Shown piece by piece: positions 1 through 10,327 of a stretch of DNA of 64,000 nucleotides (its first letter is position 1; each line of letters opens with the position of its first letter). The notes beneath the pieces were generated by a model, which ran no database searches, was not told the origin of the DNA, and saw only the letters and a list, made by a program, of their open reading frames with translations. The position numbers were made by a program, and so were the translations under genes. The stretch spans positions 49,907 through 113,906 of the forward strand of contig CAVVKJ010000019.1 of NCBI GenBank assembly GCA_963748815.1, written 5' to 3'. Source of the DNA: an uncultured Gemmatimonadales bacterium (GTDB lineage Bacteria; Gemmatimonadota; Gemmatimonadetes; Gemmatimonadales; GWC2-71-9).

Positions 1-31
1 TCAAGGAAGGAATTCACGGAGTGCAACACCG

Positions 32-628
32 GTGACGACCATCGCACTCGCGCCTGAACTCGAAGTCCGCCTCGCCGCGCTCCGCGAGGCGGGCTGGGCG
101 CTCTTCGACCAGTTCGACCACGACGTGCGCGATCACCGGTGGCATCCCTTCGTGGCCGCCAATTACGAATCGGTGCTCGAGGCGCTCATCGCGCAGCGAG
201 CGCCGGGGCTGAAATTCCTGGAATGGGGGTCGGCTACCGGCGTCATCACCATCATGGCCGACCTGCTCGGGTACGAGGCGTACGGCATCGAACTCGACGG
301 ATCACTGGTGGACACGGCGCGCGCGCTCGCCGCGCGATTCGAATCGAAGGCAACGTTTGTCGCCGGCAGCTTCCTCCCCGAGGGATACGCCTGGAAACCG
401 AAGGACGGCGACGGCCGGCTCGGCACTATCGGTCAGGGACGTTCCGGGTACCTGGAGCTGGGCAAGCCGCTGGACGAGTTCGACCTCGTCTTCGGATACC
501 CCTGGGCCGGGGAGGAGGCGATGATGCACGACCTCATGCGGTGCTACGGCGGTCGCGACGCGCGGCTGATGATCCACGGAACCGACCGCGGCGTGGAGAT
601 CTATCGGGACGGCAAGAAACAGGGCTGA
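32..628 (+). CDS. Class I SAM-dependent methyltransferase-like protein
   Basis: FLEWGSATG motif-I-like loop, then YGIE and the FDLVFGYPW motif. Confidence 0.7.
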   Translation: MTTIALAPELEVRLAALREAGWALFDQFDHDVRDHRWHPFVAANYESVLEALIAQRAPGLKFLEWGSATGVITIMADLLGYEAYGIELDGSLVDTARALAARFESKATFVAGSFLPEGYAWKPKDGDGRLGTIGQGRSGYLELGKPLDEFDLVFGYPWAGEEAMMHDLMRCYGGRDARLMIHGTDRGVEIYRDGKKQG

Positions 629-657
629 GAGGTGAGGACTGAGGACTGAGGGCTGAG
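626..657 (+). repeat. Short 7-bp tandem repeat (TGAGGAC-like) directly after a stop codon
   Basis: tgagagg tgaggac tgaggac tgagggc tgag. Confidence 0.7.
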
Positions 658-711
658 ATCACGATCGCGATCCAGCCTGGACTTCGCACCCCTGGACAGG
701 AGGAGGCCGAA

Positions 712-1200
712 ATGTCGCGTCGCTCCGTCCCTCGATTCGCGGTGGTGGGGCTGTTTGCCGTGTTCGTTGCTGCCAGACAGTCTGCTGCGCAGGAAGGAGC
801 GAGGTCCGCCCAGGCGGATTCGACCCATCGCGCCGCCGTGCTCGAGATGCTCCAGGTCATGAAAATTGGGGACGGGATCATGGAGATGATCGAGCTGTCC
901 ATGGCGGATACAACGGCCGGCGGGGGCATGGTCGAACCCCTTCGTTCGGCGTTTCTTGCGAAAGCCAGAGCGCGTCTGCCTGAACTGTTGCAATCCCTCG
1001 TGCCGGGATTCGCCTCCAGGTTGACGCCGGACGACGTGCGGGAGATCACCGCGTTCTTCCGGTCGCCGAGTGGGGAACACTTGACCGCTGCTCGATCGAC
1101 GGCCGACCCCCAGATGGAGCAGGCGGTGGAACGCTGGGCGCTGAAGGTGGTCGGTGAGGTGATGATGGAGATGGGTGACGCACCCATCCCGGAGAAGTAA
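712..1200 (+). CDS. Exported DUF2059-like protein
   Basis: RBS aggaggagg, N-terminal signal peptide, LTPDDVREITAFFRSPSG motif typical of DUF2059. Confidence 0.65.
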   Translation: MSRRSVPRFAVVGLFAVFVAARQSAAQEGARSAQADSTHRAAVLEMLQVMKIGDGIMEMIELSMADTTAGGGMVEPLRSAFLAKARARLPELLQSLVPGFASRLTPDDVREITAFFRSPSGEHLTAARSTADPQMEQAVERWALKVVGEVMMEMGDAPIPEK

Positions 1201-1266
1201 CGTCGCCGCACGAGGGTCCCACCGAAGTGGCCCGGAGTTGCTCCGGGCCGCTCACGGCGGGCGCCG

Positions 1267-2366
1267 CTACTGCCGGACCGCCTTCCCCCGCACATCCCGC
1301 CGGTGCCGACGTTCGGTCCCTCCTGGAAGACGTAGTTCGACACCTGGGAAATCAGGTTCCCGTTGGCCGAGAGCTCCCAGGTGAAGTCTTCGCGGTAGGT
1401 GCTGCCCGGGGGGCCGGCAATGAAGTAGCCGCGCGCCTTGTGGGGGCTCCCCGCGATCACCGTCGCCGTGTAGTTGGCGATGTCGCCGGATCCCGGCGGA
1501 TCCTCGTCTGCGATCGAGATGGTGCTGCCGCTCACTGTCAGCGTGTGCTTCGCCTGGCCGTACTCCACCGGGAGGCAGGCCCAGTTCTGCACGAAGACGC
1601 CGACCCAGTCGCCCGCCTTGCCGGTCCCTGCGCAGGGAAAGGTGATCTCGCTGTTCGGCAGGTCGGTCGCGGTCCCGCCGTTGTCGGTATAGGTGGCGCC
1701 GGTGACGGTGACCGTCGCGCTGTTGGACCGGAATTGCCAGACGGATTCGAGCGTGCCCTGGGTGCCCTGGATCTCGAAGAGCGCGTCGCCGTGGAGGCTG
1801 TACCCGCAGATGTTGGCCACGGCGTTCGCCGTGCCGTCGGCGGGCTTGAGGAGCAGCGGGCTCCCGAGCGGGACGGTCAGCGTCGTCATGTTGCCCGTCA
1901 CCCCTTCGACGAAGGTGCCGGACCCGGTGGCCTCCCGTCCCACCGCGGTTCGGACAAAGTCCATTTCTCCCGCGAAGTTGCCGAGCCCGCCGGCGGTGGT
2001 GAGCGTCATGTCGACGTGCCCCGCAAAGCCGGGCGCCGCATCGGCGGGGTCACCATTGAAGGCGGCGGTGCCCGCCACGGTGGTTTCGGTGGAGCCGTTG
2101 CCGTCGCCGTCGAGCGGGGCCGAGAAGGTGTAGGTGTTCGGCGCCCCGGTGGGGGTAAACACGAAGCCACCGGACCCGGCTGATCCGGGATTGAGCATGA
2201 AGGGGATCACGGCCTCGAAATTCGCCATCCGGGTGACGAGCAGCGTCGCCCCGGTCTTCGCGTACGCGGCCAGTGCCGCGGACGGCGTGGTGACCGGGTT
2301 CGGTTCGGAGTCGGAGCTGCACGACACGAAGGACAGGACCAGCAGGCTGGCGAGCAGACGGCGCAC
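1267..2366 (-). CDS. Putative lipoprotein; true stop probably at 1267-1269, missed because of an indel in a G run
   Basis: Lipobox FVSC after a hydrophobic stretch; adding one G in the run near 1285 gives MCGGKAVRQ*. Confidence 0.6.
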
Positions 2367-2595
2367 GAGGCCTCCTCAGGGGGGGACACCGGCAGACGGC
2401 GGGCGACGAAGGGCGATACCTTACAGGCCGGGACAGGGGGAGTCAATAGGAGATCCCGGACCCGAGCGCCTGTACCCACGACCGGATGTGCGGGCGGCTC
2501 GATGCCTATCCAATCCTGCGCCATGGTGCAGATTACGGGAACGTAGAATGAGGGAGTCACCCTGATTCAGCTCTAACCAACCCGAGGTCGTCGCC

Positions 2596-3701
2596 ATGGG
2601 TCCGCTGCTGAAGGAAATCCGCCACAACAAGCTGCTCTGGCTGCTGGTGTTCGTGCCGGTGCTGTTCGGCGCCACGCGAGTGCAGGCCCGAGGCGCACAC
2701 CATGTTGTTCGTGCTCTCGGTGCTGGCCATCGTGCCGCTGGCGGCGCTCCTGAGCCACGCCACCGAGTCGGTCGCCGCCAAGACCGGCGACGCAGTCGGC
2801 GGCTTGCTGAATGCCACGCTCGGCAACCTCACCGAACTGGTCATCGCGCTGGCCGCGCTCCGCGCCGGCCAGTACGCCCTCGTCAAGGCGTCGATCGCCG
2901 GGGCCATCGTCACCAACACCCTCTTCATGCTGGGCGGCTCGTTCCTGCTCGGCGGGCTCAAGCACCACGTGCAGGAGTACAACCGCGCCGGCGCGCGCCT
3001 GCAGGCCGGCCTCCTCTTCCTGGCCACGGTCGCGCTGTTCGTCCCCTCGGCGGTCGCCGATGTCGACTCCCCGGCGGGGCGGCCTTCAGCCGGCAACTCA
3101 GCCTCGGGCTGGCGGTGCTGCTCATCGTGACCTACGGCCTCGGGCTGGTCTTCTCGCTCAAGACCCACCGCAAGTTCTTCGGCGAGCGCAAAGAAGGAGG
3201 GGGAGGAGGAGGCGCACGAGGAGACGCTGGCCGATCGGGGTGGCGCTGGCCACGCTGGCCGGCGTCACGGTGCTGGTGGCGCTGGTGAGCGAGGTCTTCG
3301 TCGAGTCGGTCCAGGAGGCGGCGGTGACGTTCGGCATGACCCCGGCCTTCGTCGGGTTCATCATCGTGGCGCTGGTCGGCGGCGCCGCGGAGATGGCGTC
3401 GGCCTTTTCCGCGGCGCGCAAGGACCGCCTGGACCTGAGCGTCGGCATTGCGATGGGGAGCGCGGCGCAGATCGCGCTGTTCGTGGCCCCGGTGCTCGTC
3501 CTGCTCAGCTACGTGATCGGCCCGACGCCGATGGACCTGCAGTTCTGGCCGGGAGCGGTGGTGATGGTCTTCTTCGCCATGCTGGCCACGACGCTGGTGA
3601 CGAACAGCGGCCGGTCGGCGTGGTTCGTCGGCGCCCTGCTGCTGATGGTGTACGCCATCCTGGGGATGACCCTCTACCTCCTGCCACCCCAAGTGATGTG
3701 A
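2596..3701 (+). CDS. cax: Ca2+/H+ antiporter (CaCA/Cax family), split by frameshifts
   Basis: GGLLNATLGNLTEL and GFIIVALVGGAAE...RLDLSVGIAMGSAAQIALFVAP spread over ORFs 2596, 2702 and 2811. Confidence 0.85.
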
Positions 3702-3718
3702 TCGATGAGACTCCCGCC

Positions 3719-4403
3719 ATGACCGACGACACCGCCGCGGCCGCGCCGCGGCGGGCTCAGCGGTCCCGACGTGTCCTCGAACCGATCGAGCGGCTCTCCG
3801 AAATCCTCTTCGGACTCATCATGGTGCTCACCTTCACCGGCGCGCTCAGTGTGGCGGAGGCGGGGCGCGCGGATGTGCGCGAGATGCTCATCGGGGCGCT
3901 GGGGTGCAACCTGGCCTGGGGCATCATCGACGGGGTGTTCTACCTGATGGGAGCCATGGCCGAGCGGGGCCGCAACCTGCGTGCCCTGCGAGGCGGTGCG
4001 AGCGACCGAAGACCCGGAGGAGGCCGAGCGCCTCATCGTGGACGCGCTGCCGCCGACCATCGCGGCGGTGCTGGAGCCTTCCGAGTTCGTCGACCTGCAT
4101 CAGCGGCTCGGCGAACTCCCCGAGCCGCCCACCGCCCGCGTCTGGGCGGGACGACTGGCGTCGGCGCGCTCGGCGTCTGCCTTCTCGTCTTCGTCTCGAC
4201 GCTGCCGGTGGTCCTCCCGTTCACTCTTCATGCACGACATCGCGCCGGCCATGCGCGTCTCCGACGGGATCGCGATCATCTTGCTCGCGCTCACCGGGGC
4301 CGCGTTCTCCCGGATGACCGGCCGGAATCCCTGGTTCGACGGCGTCATCGCGGTGCTGCTCGGCTCGGCGCTGGTGGCGCTCACCATGGCGCTCGGCGGA
4401 TGA
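3719..4403 (+). CDS. VIT1/CCC1-like membrane protein, frameshifted
   Basis: LEPIERLSEILFGLIMVLTFT...GCNLAWGIIDGVFY and hydrophobic C-terminus ending LGG. Confidence 0.65.
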
Positions 4404-5057
4404 CGGGCCTGAGGAGTCTCGCCCTGATCGGGCTCATCTCTTGTCCTGGTGACAAGGGTCGCCAGGGCGCAGTCGCCTGACACCGCCACCGCCTCGGCGT
4501 CGGACGCCGACGAGCGCACCTGGGCATTCGGCGCGGCGGCATACACCTACTTTCTCCAGGATGACGCCGACTACGTCCAACTGGCCGCGACCGCGGACCG
4601 CGCGGCGCTGCACCTCGAGGCGCGCTACAACTACGAGGAGATCGACGCCGCCTCGATGTGGGTCGGCTACAACCTGAGCGCGGAAGGGACGCTGACGCTG
4701 GAGTTCACGCCGATTCTCGGCGGTGTCTTTGGCAGCATGACCGGGGTCGGACTCGGATACGAAGGGTCGCTGAGCTGGAAGAGCCTGGAGCTGTACAGCG
4801 AAGGGGAGTGGATCTTCGATACCGAGGACTCTTCGAACAATTTCTTCTACAACTGGTCGCAGCTGATCTATTCGCCGGCCGACTGGGTCAACTTCGGGCT
4901 GGTCACCCAGCGGACCAGGCTGGTGGACACCGACCGCGAGATCAACCGCGGTCCCTTCCTGGGTTTCAGCTACCGGTCCCTCAGCCTGACTGCCTTCGCG
5001 GTCAACGTGGGGGCAGACGACGCGTACCTCATTCTCGGGCTGGAGGTTGGGTTCTAG
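4400..5057 (+). CDS. Exported/outer-membrane beta-strand protein (frameshift in the signal peptide)
   Basis: ATGA overlap with the previous gene, alternating aromatic strands, terminal Phe. Confidence 0.55.
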
Positions 5058-5079
5058 GCCGGAAGAGAGGACGAGGGAA

Positions 5080-5286
5080 GCGCGGAAGGGTGTCGGAAGC
5101 TCGGAAACAACGAAAAATGCTCAAAAGCGTCAATTTCTTGAAGGATATTCTGTGTTTTCTTCGATCTTCAATCAAATATCTGGGTTTTGCCGCATTTTCT
5201 GCGGCTTTCCGGGCTATCGGCGTGAAGGGATCACCGCCTTGGACCGGGGACGCGGGAGGCGCGGAAGGCTGTCGGAAGCTCGGAAA
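5080..5286. repeat. 28-bp direct repeat (5080-5107, 5259-5286) flanking an AT-rich spacer with phased A/T tracts
   Basis: gcgcggaagg[g/c]tgtcggaagctcggaaa twice with one mismatch. Confidence 0.85.
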
Positions 5287-5366
5287 GGTGGAATATAGAC
5301 GAATTATCGCAATATTGGGTCAATAATCGATTGAAACAGGTCCATTTGTACCATTCTACTGTTGTT

Positions 5367-5392
5367 TTCGCGCCTTCGCGTCTTCGCGTGAG
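5367..5392 (-). repeat. Family-A repeat (CTCA-[CGCGAAGRC]n)
   Basis: ttcgcgccttcgcgtcttcgcgtgag; further copies at 5893, 7408, 7826, 8465, 8965, 11298, 39030, 39326, 39431, 39572, 42912, 43057, 43215 and 46804. Confidence 0.9.
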
Positions 5393-5421
5393 CCCCGTCC
5401 GAACCCCGCCCGGGAGGCCCC

Positions 5422-5774
5422 ATGTGGCTGATCACCACCACCGGTTTCTACAGCGTCGTCCAGAAACCGTGGGATCAGGCCGCCGACACCCTCACGGTTC
5501 GCGCCCGCGCCAAGGCTGACCTCGACGCACTCCGCGAGGCCGGGCTCCCGGAGCTGGGGGAGATCATGGAGGATCCCGGGCGCCGACTACCGGTTCCGGG
5601 CCCAGGCGCCGAGGGCGGCAGTGACCCGTGCGGTGCGAGGCGCAGGTCGAGGCGATCGACTACGACAACTTCAAGTCGGCGGTGGCCAGGCGGCAGGGAT
5701 CGGCGCGCGCCCACCTGTATCATGGCGTGTGGGATGCGCTGTATCGGATTCAGTCCGGGACTGAAGGGGCCTAG
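5422..5774 (+). CDS. Conserved hypothetical protein (MWL.T..GFYSVV...DY.FRA...IDYDNFK type), frameshifted
   Basis: Reassembled across two frame switches, ending HGVWDALYRIQSGTEGA*. Confidence 0.6.
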
Positions 5775-5977
5775 GCTTCCCGCGCCCATTGGGCTCCTCG
5801 CCAGACAAAAACACTCAAGAACGAGCAGTTTTTCTCCAGAACTCCTCAGTTTCTTCCTGTTTTCTGCGAATTCCAGCACAATACGGTGTCTTTTCGCGCC
5901 TTCGCGCCTTCGCGTGAGCCCTTGGGGAGTATCGAAGTGGCTTGCGCCGTTGCTGGTATTATCAGATATTATTCCGT

Positions 5978-6382
5978 ATGCCAAAGCGACCTCCCATTGC
6001 CCGGATCTCCATCACCATCCCCGCTGACACCCTGCGGCTGGCGGATGAGCTTGCCGCTCGGCTCGATCGGCCGCGCAGCTGGGTGATGGGGGAGGCGGTG
6101 CGGCGGTGGGACACGAGTTCCCCCGCGACCGGTGCCACAAGCACCGTGCGCGAGGCCGCGGCCCTTCACTACACTGCGCATCGGCCCGGGCTGGGGGAGA
6201 GTCGTCTGGCTCAACTCCAATCCGACATGGAGTTGAGCGTGGATGAGCGGGTCCTGGCGGCAGAGGAAGGCGCAAAGCTCGATCGCGTGATCCATCCGTC
6301 GAGTCCCGGCTCACAACTCAGATTCTTCGATCGATACGAGGACTATCTCGCGTGGAAGAAGTATCAAGGGATCGCCCGATGA
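5978..6382 (+). CDS. Ribbon-helix-helix (CopG-like) protein, putative antitoxin/regulator
   Basis: RISITIPADTLRLADELAARLDRPRSWVMGEAV RHH pattern. Confidence 0.65.
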   Translation: MPKRPPIARISITIPADTLRLADELAARLDRPRSWVMGEAVRRWDTSSPATGATSTVREAAALHYTAHRPGLGESRLAQLQSDMELSVDERVLAAEEGAKLDRVIHPSSPGSQLRFFDRYEDYLAWKKYQGIAR

Positions 6383-6846
6383 CCACGTACCAGACCCAGC
6401 TCGCGCAGGTCTGCGCGCTCCTGAATGAGTCCGGAGCGCAGTATGTCCTGGTAGGCGCCCGCGCCCTTCAGCTCTATGGCAGCAGCCGCGCCACGCGTGA
6501 TATCGACATCCTCATTGAGCCCACCATCGACAACGCCAGACGGGTGCTCTCGGCGCTCTCACAGATCGGATTCGGCGTGGCCAGCGATTGGCTTGCAGAG
6601 GAGGTCGTCGCCAAGCAGGTCACCATCATTGGTGACACGCCAAGGGTGGATATCCTGACGGTGGCGTGGAGCGTTCGCTATCGCGATGCCCGACCCGCGG
6701 CGACGATCTTCACCCTGGAATCGGTGGAGATCCCGACGATCTCGATCGAGCACCTCATTGCCTCCAAACGCACCGGCCGCCTGCAGGACGCGGCCGACAT
6801 CGAAGTCCTCGAGGAGATTCAGCGACTTCGCGGCGAGGGCATATGA
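6379..6846 (+). CDS. Minimal nucleotidyltransferase (DUF6036-like)
   Basis: YVLVGARA...G..RATRDID, C-terminal LIASKRTGRLQDAADI. Confidence 0.8.
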   Translation: MTTYQTQLAQVCALLNESGAQYVLVGARALQLYGSSRATRDIDILIEPTIDNARRVLSALSQIGFGVASDWLAEEVVAKQVTIIGDTPRVDILTVAWSVRYRDARPAATIFTLESVEIPTISIEHLIASKRTGRLQDAADIEVLEEIQRLRGEGI

Positions 6847-7349
6847 CCGTCATCATCCGCGCCCTCCTCGCCGACATCACTACCCTCGACGTGGACGCCA
6901 TCGTCAACGCCGCCAACGACCAGTTGGCCCCCGGCGGCGGCGTCTGCGGTGCGATCCATCGCGCCGCCGGCCCCGAGCTCGCCGAGGCATGCGCCCCTCT
7001 CCGCCCCTGCCCTGCCGGCGAAGCGCGCGTCACCCCCGGCTTCAACCTCCCCGCCCGTCTCGTGATCCACGCCGTCGGTCCCCGCTGGCTCGGCGGCGAC
7101 CAGGGAGAGCCGGAGCAGCTGGCCGGCGCCTATCGCTCGGCGTTCCGCCTGGCGCAGGAGAGCATGGTCAAGACCCTCGCGTTCCCCGCCATCAGCACCG
7201 GCATCTTCGGGTATCCGCTGCACCCGGCCACGGCCATTGCCGTGCGGGTGACGCGGGAGGTGGCGCCGGCGTCGGGGGTGGAGGAAGTCATCTTCGTCTG
7301 CTTCAGCGAGGAAGTGCTGGGGGCGTATCGGAAGGAAGGAGTGGAATGA
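6843..7349 (+). CDS. Macro domain protein (YmdB-like ADP-ribose binding/hydrolase)
   Basis: DAIVNAAN, GGGVCGAIHRAAG, PAISTGIFGYP. Confidence 0.9.
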   Translation: MTVIIRALLADITTLDVDAIVNAANDQLAPGGGVCGAIHRAAGPELAEACAPLRPCPAGEARVTPGFNLPARLVIHAVGPRWLGGDQGEPEQLAGAYRSAFRLAQESMVKTLAFPAISTGIFGYPLHPATAIAVRVTREVAPASGVEEVIFVCFSEEVLGAYRKEGVE

Positions 7350-7445
7350 TCCCTCGCGCGTGATTCCGGTTGTGACCTTTCGCTGATGGGTACCAAGACT
7401 ATAGGGGCTCACGCGAAGGCGCGAAGACGCGAAGGAGACAGCGGT

Positions 7446-7868
7446 ATGAACGCAGAGGAGGTCTCCTCGGCTATTGTGGATACTGCATTTCACCTGCACA
7501 GAGGGATAGGACCGGGGCTCCTGGAGTCGGTCTACGAATCACTCCTGTCGAGTCTGCTGGAACGTCGGGACCTGAAGGTAGAACGACAAGTACTCGTCGA
7601 GTTCGATTTCGACGGGGTTCACTTCTCGGAGGGATTACGGCTGGACTTGTTGGTGGAAGGCTTGGTGGTGGTTGAACTCAAGTCGGTGGAGCGATTGGCG
7701 CCGGTCCACCCGAAACAACTTCTGACATACCTCCGACTATTGCATCTCCCGCTCGGCCTCCTCATCAACTTCGGCGCACCCACCTTCAAGGAAGGCGTCA
7801 AGCGAGTCGTCAACCATCACACCAACTTCGCGTCTTCGCGCCTTCGCGTGAACCAACGGTCCGACTAA
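7446..7868 (+). CDS. GxxExxY protein (PD-(D/E)XK-fold)
   Basis: GPGLLESVYE, RLDLLVEG.VVVELKSV, QLLTYLRL...GLLINFG. Confidence 0.9.
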   Translation: MNAEEVSSAIVDTAFHLHRGIGPGLLESVYESLLSSLLERRDLKVERQVLVEFDFDGVHFSEGLRLDLLVEGLVVVELKSVERLAPVHPKQLLTYLRLLHLPLGLLINFGAPTFKEGVKRVVNHHTNFASSRLRVNQRSD

Positions 7869-8458
7869 AGAACCCCGGCAATCGCGTAGGCGATCTTCTC
7901 CGCCCCCTGCGAGGACGGTTCGATCTCCAGCACGAAGTCCTCCTCCTCCGTGCACACTCGCCGCAATTCCAGCACCTCCAGCCCCAATTCCTCGCCGACC
8001 CACCGGATCCGATCGTTGATCAGCCCGAGGGGGACGCGGGCAAGCCGGCCCGCCATCGGCGGCTGCAGCGGCACCTCGTAGATGGTGCAGAGCACCGTCC
8101 TTTCCGTGCGCTCCATGACCGACCGCGCCGCCACCTCGTACTGCAGGTGGAACCCGTCGGCGATGGCCAGCAGTTCCGCCAGGACCTCGGCCGCCGAGGT
8201 GGCGGGCCGCTCGATGATCTCGATGTAGGGCACCAGGTCGTTCCCGCCGATGCTCAGCACCGCGACATCCGGCCGATAGTCCAGCGCCTCGAGCTGACGC
8301 GGCAGGCCGCGCATGGTGGCGCCGTCCTGCGCCAGCCGCTTCACCGACCAGGTCGGGGCCAGCAGCGGCTCCAGGTGCGCGGTCGTGTCCGGCTCCGGGT
8401 GGGTGTAAGGGGCGTTGTCGAGGATCGAATCGCCGAGGAGGAGGAGGGTCTGGGTCAT
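7865..8458 (-). CDS. SGNH/GDSL hydrolase family protein
   Basis: LLGDSILDN, SIGGND, D...IEPS. Confidence 0.85.
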   Translation of the reverse strand: MTQTLLLLGDSILDNAPYTHPEPDTTAHLEPLLAPTWSVKRLAQDGATMRGLPRQLEALDYRPDVAVLSIGGNDLVPYIEIIERPATSAAEVLAELLAIADGFHLQYEVAARSVMERTERTVLCTIYEVPLQPPMAGRLARVPLGLINDRIRWVGEELGLEVLELRRVCTEEEDFVLEIEPSSQGAEKIAYAIAGVL

Positions 8459-8511
8459 TGATATCTCACGCGAAGACGCGAAGGCGCGAAGGCGCGAAGC
8501 TGGGTCGGACA

Positions 8512-8537
8512 AGTATGTCACACCCCTCTGACATCTT
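8512..8537. promoter_or_regulatory. Bidirectional PafBC-type promoter motif
   Basis: + strand TGTCAC-N10-CATCTT (8516-8537); - strand TGTCAG-N10-CATACT (8533-8512). Confidence 0.65.
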
Positions 8538-8593
8538 GGCCTTTCACGTTAGTTGGTCTGACCGGAGCATTGACCAGGAGGAGAGGGAACCCG

Positions 8594-8959
8594 ATGCCTG
8601 ACTGGAAACCGAGCCCGATTGCCGGGAAGTTCTACACCGTAGAGGACCTCATGAACCTGCCGCCGGCAGGATGCGTCAATCCCGCGAAGTCCCGGGAGGT
8701 GAGCCGGAACCTGCCGGTGCGGTTCTGGATGGAGACGGCCGAGCTGGTGGCCATTCTCGAGGCCAACATCGAGCTGATCAGGCTCAACCAGGAGCGGGCC
8801 AGCGCAGATGACGCCCGCCAGGCCGAGGTGCTGATTGCGCAGCGACGGCTCTGGGTCCGCCACCTGCTGGAGGCAGACGAGGAAGAGACCTTCATCGGCA
8901 TCTTTCCCGCGTCGTTCGCCGGCGACGAATACGATCAGGAGGAGGCCATCACCGGCTAG
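8594..8959 (+). CDS. Hypothetical protein, paralog 1 (G.F.TVE.LMNLP family)
   Basis: RBS-like ggaggagagg, open frame, clear similarity to the ORF at 15103-15387. Confidence 0.65.
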   Translation: MPDWKPSPIAGKFYTVEDLMNLPPAGCVNPAKSREVSRNLPVRFWMETAELVAILEANIELIRLNQERASADDARQAEVLIAQRRLWVRHLLEADEEETFIGIFPASFAGDEYDQEEAITG

Positions 8960-9017
8960 TTCCTCTTCGCGACTTCGCGTGAGCCGAATCAGTTCACACG
9001 AAGTCGCGATCTTTCAC

Positions 9018-9060
9018 CTCACCCCCTGTCCCCCTCTCCATGATATGGAGAGGGGGAACG
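9018..9060. repeat. Family-C palindromic hairpin (CCCCTCTCC..GGAGAGGGG)
   Basis: cccctctccatgatatggagagggg; related copies at 30656-30740 and 52185-52211. Confidence 0.8.
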
Positions 9061-9070
9061 CCGAGCGAAG

Positions 9071-10327
9071 CTACGGCATCCGCATCTTCCTGCCGAGGAG
9101 GTCTTTCGCTTCCCGGATGTTGTAGGACTCGAAACGCTCGCGCTTGAGCGAGTACTGGTCGAACCGCTCCCGGTGCCTGTGGGCCAGCTGTTCCAACTCG
9201 CGCACCAGGCGCCGCATTTCGGGGTCATGTCCGGCGTACTCCTTGATCCGACGGGCGGTGGCCAGCAGTACGCTGCGCGCCTTCTCCAGTTCGCCGATCC
9301 GGTTCAGCTCGGCCGCTTCCTCGCGGGCCTGGGCGGCGTAGCGCTGGGCCACGGCGAGGTCCACCGACTGGTCGCGCACCTGGGCGTCGTTGGCGGGGTG
9401 GTCGGCGTACTCCCACTCGATCCGCTCGGGGCGGACCTGCAGTACACCGTCACGATCGGCCAGGGAGACACTGATACCGGAGCTGGCGCCCATGGCACCG
9501 CGGGGGAACGTCACGCGGAGTACCGCGTCCACCTGCTGGCGGCTGACGAGGTCGTCGAGCGCGACTTCCACGGTGCGGCCGTTTCGGGTGACGCGGCGAC
9601 CGTCGAGCGAGTGAATGATCAGGCCGGGGTCGGCTTCGACGACGACGCTGGCGTCCCGTGACACGACCTCGAGCGCCTCGCCCAGTTCGCTCATCAGGAA
9701 ATCGGCAATCTGTTCCGGACGCTCGAGGTAGTAGAAGTTCCCGCCGCCGGCCCGGGCCATGCCCTCCATGAGCCGCTCGTCGAAATCGCGCCCGATGCCG
9801 AAGGTGCTGGTGGCGACGCCGCGGGCGCGGAGTTCGCCGGCATGCGTTTGGAGCGCACCCACGTCGGTGATGCCGGCGTTCGCCAGGCCGTCACTCAGCA
9901 GCAGCGTGCGGGCGACGGTGTTCGCGCGCTCGGCGCGAGCCACCTCTTCGCAGCCCGTCAGCCAGCCGCCGGAGAGGTTGGTGGAGCTGCCGGAATCGAG
10001 ATGGTCGATTGCCGAGAGGAGGCGGCGCTTGTGGTCGTGATCGAGGAGCGCGCCGCCGGCCAGGAGCTCCACCTCGGTGTCGTAGGCCACCAGGGCCACG
10101 TGGTCGCGGGGGCCGAGAAGTTCGACCGCGCGGCGGGCAGCCAACTTCGCCAGTTCCAGCTTGTCGCCGTCCATCGAGCCCGACTTGTCGATGACGAGTG
10201 CGACGTCGAGCGGCAAACGTTCGCGCTGACGCGGGGCCTCGGGGGCGGTGAAGCGGATGCGGACATAGCGGGTGCTGTGGACGCCGGCGCGGACCAGCCT
10301 CCGGTCGGTATGGATGTGCAGTGTCAT
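9071..10327 (-). CDS. von Willebrand factor A domain protein
   Basis: MIDAS DKSGS, STNLSGG, LLSDGLAN. Confidence 0.9.
   Translation of the reverse strand: MTLHIHTDRRLVRAGVHSTRYVRIRFTAPEAPRQRERLPLDVALVIDKSGSMDGDKLELAKLAARRAVELLGPRDHVALVAYDTEVELLAGGALLDHDHKRRLLSAIDHLDSGSSTNLSGGWLTGCEEVARAERANTVARTLLLSDGLANAGITDVGALQTHAGELRARGVATSTFGIGRDFDERLMEGMARAGGGNFYYLERPEQIADFLMSELGEALEVVSRDASVVVEADPGLIIHSLDGRRVTRNGRTVEVALDDLVSRQQVDAVLRVTFPRGAMGASSGISVSLADRDGVLQVRPERIEWEYADHPANDAQVRDQSVDLAVAQRYAAQAREEAAELNRIGELEKARSVLLATARRIKEYAGHDPEMRRLVRELEQLAHRHRERFDQYSLKRERFESYNIREAKDLLGRKMRMP

Noticed and set aside
5091..5291. TGTCGG hexamers as canonical PafBC promoters
   Set aside because: No nAnnnT element at the 10-nt spacing in either copy
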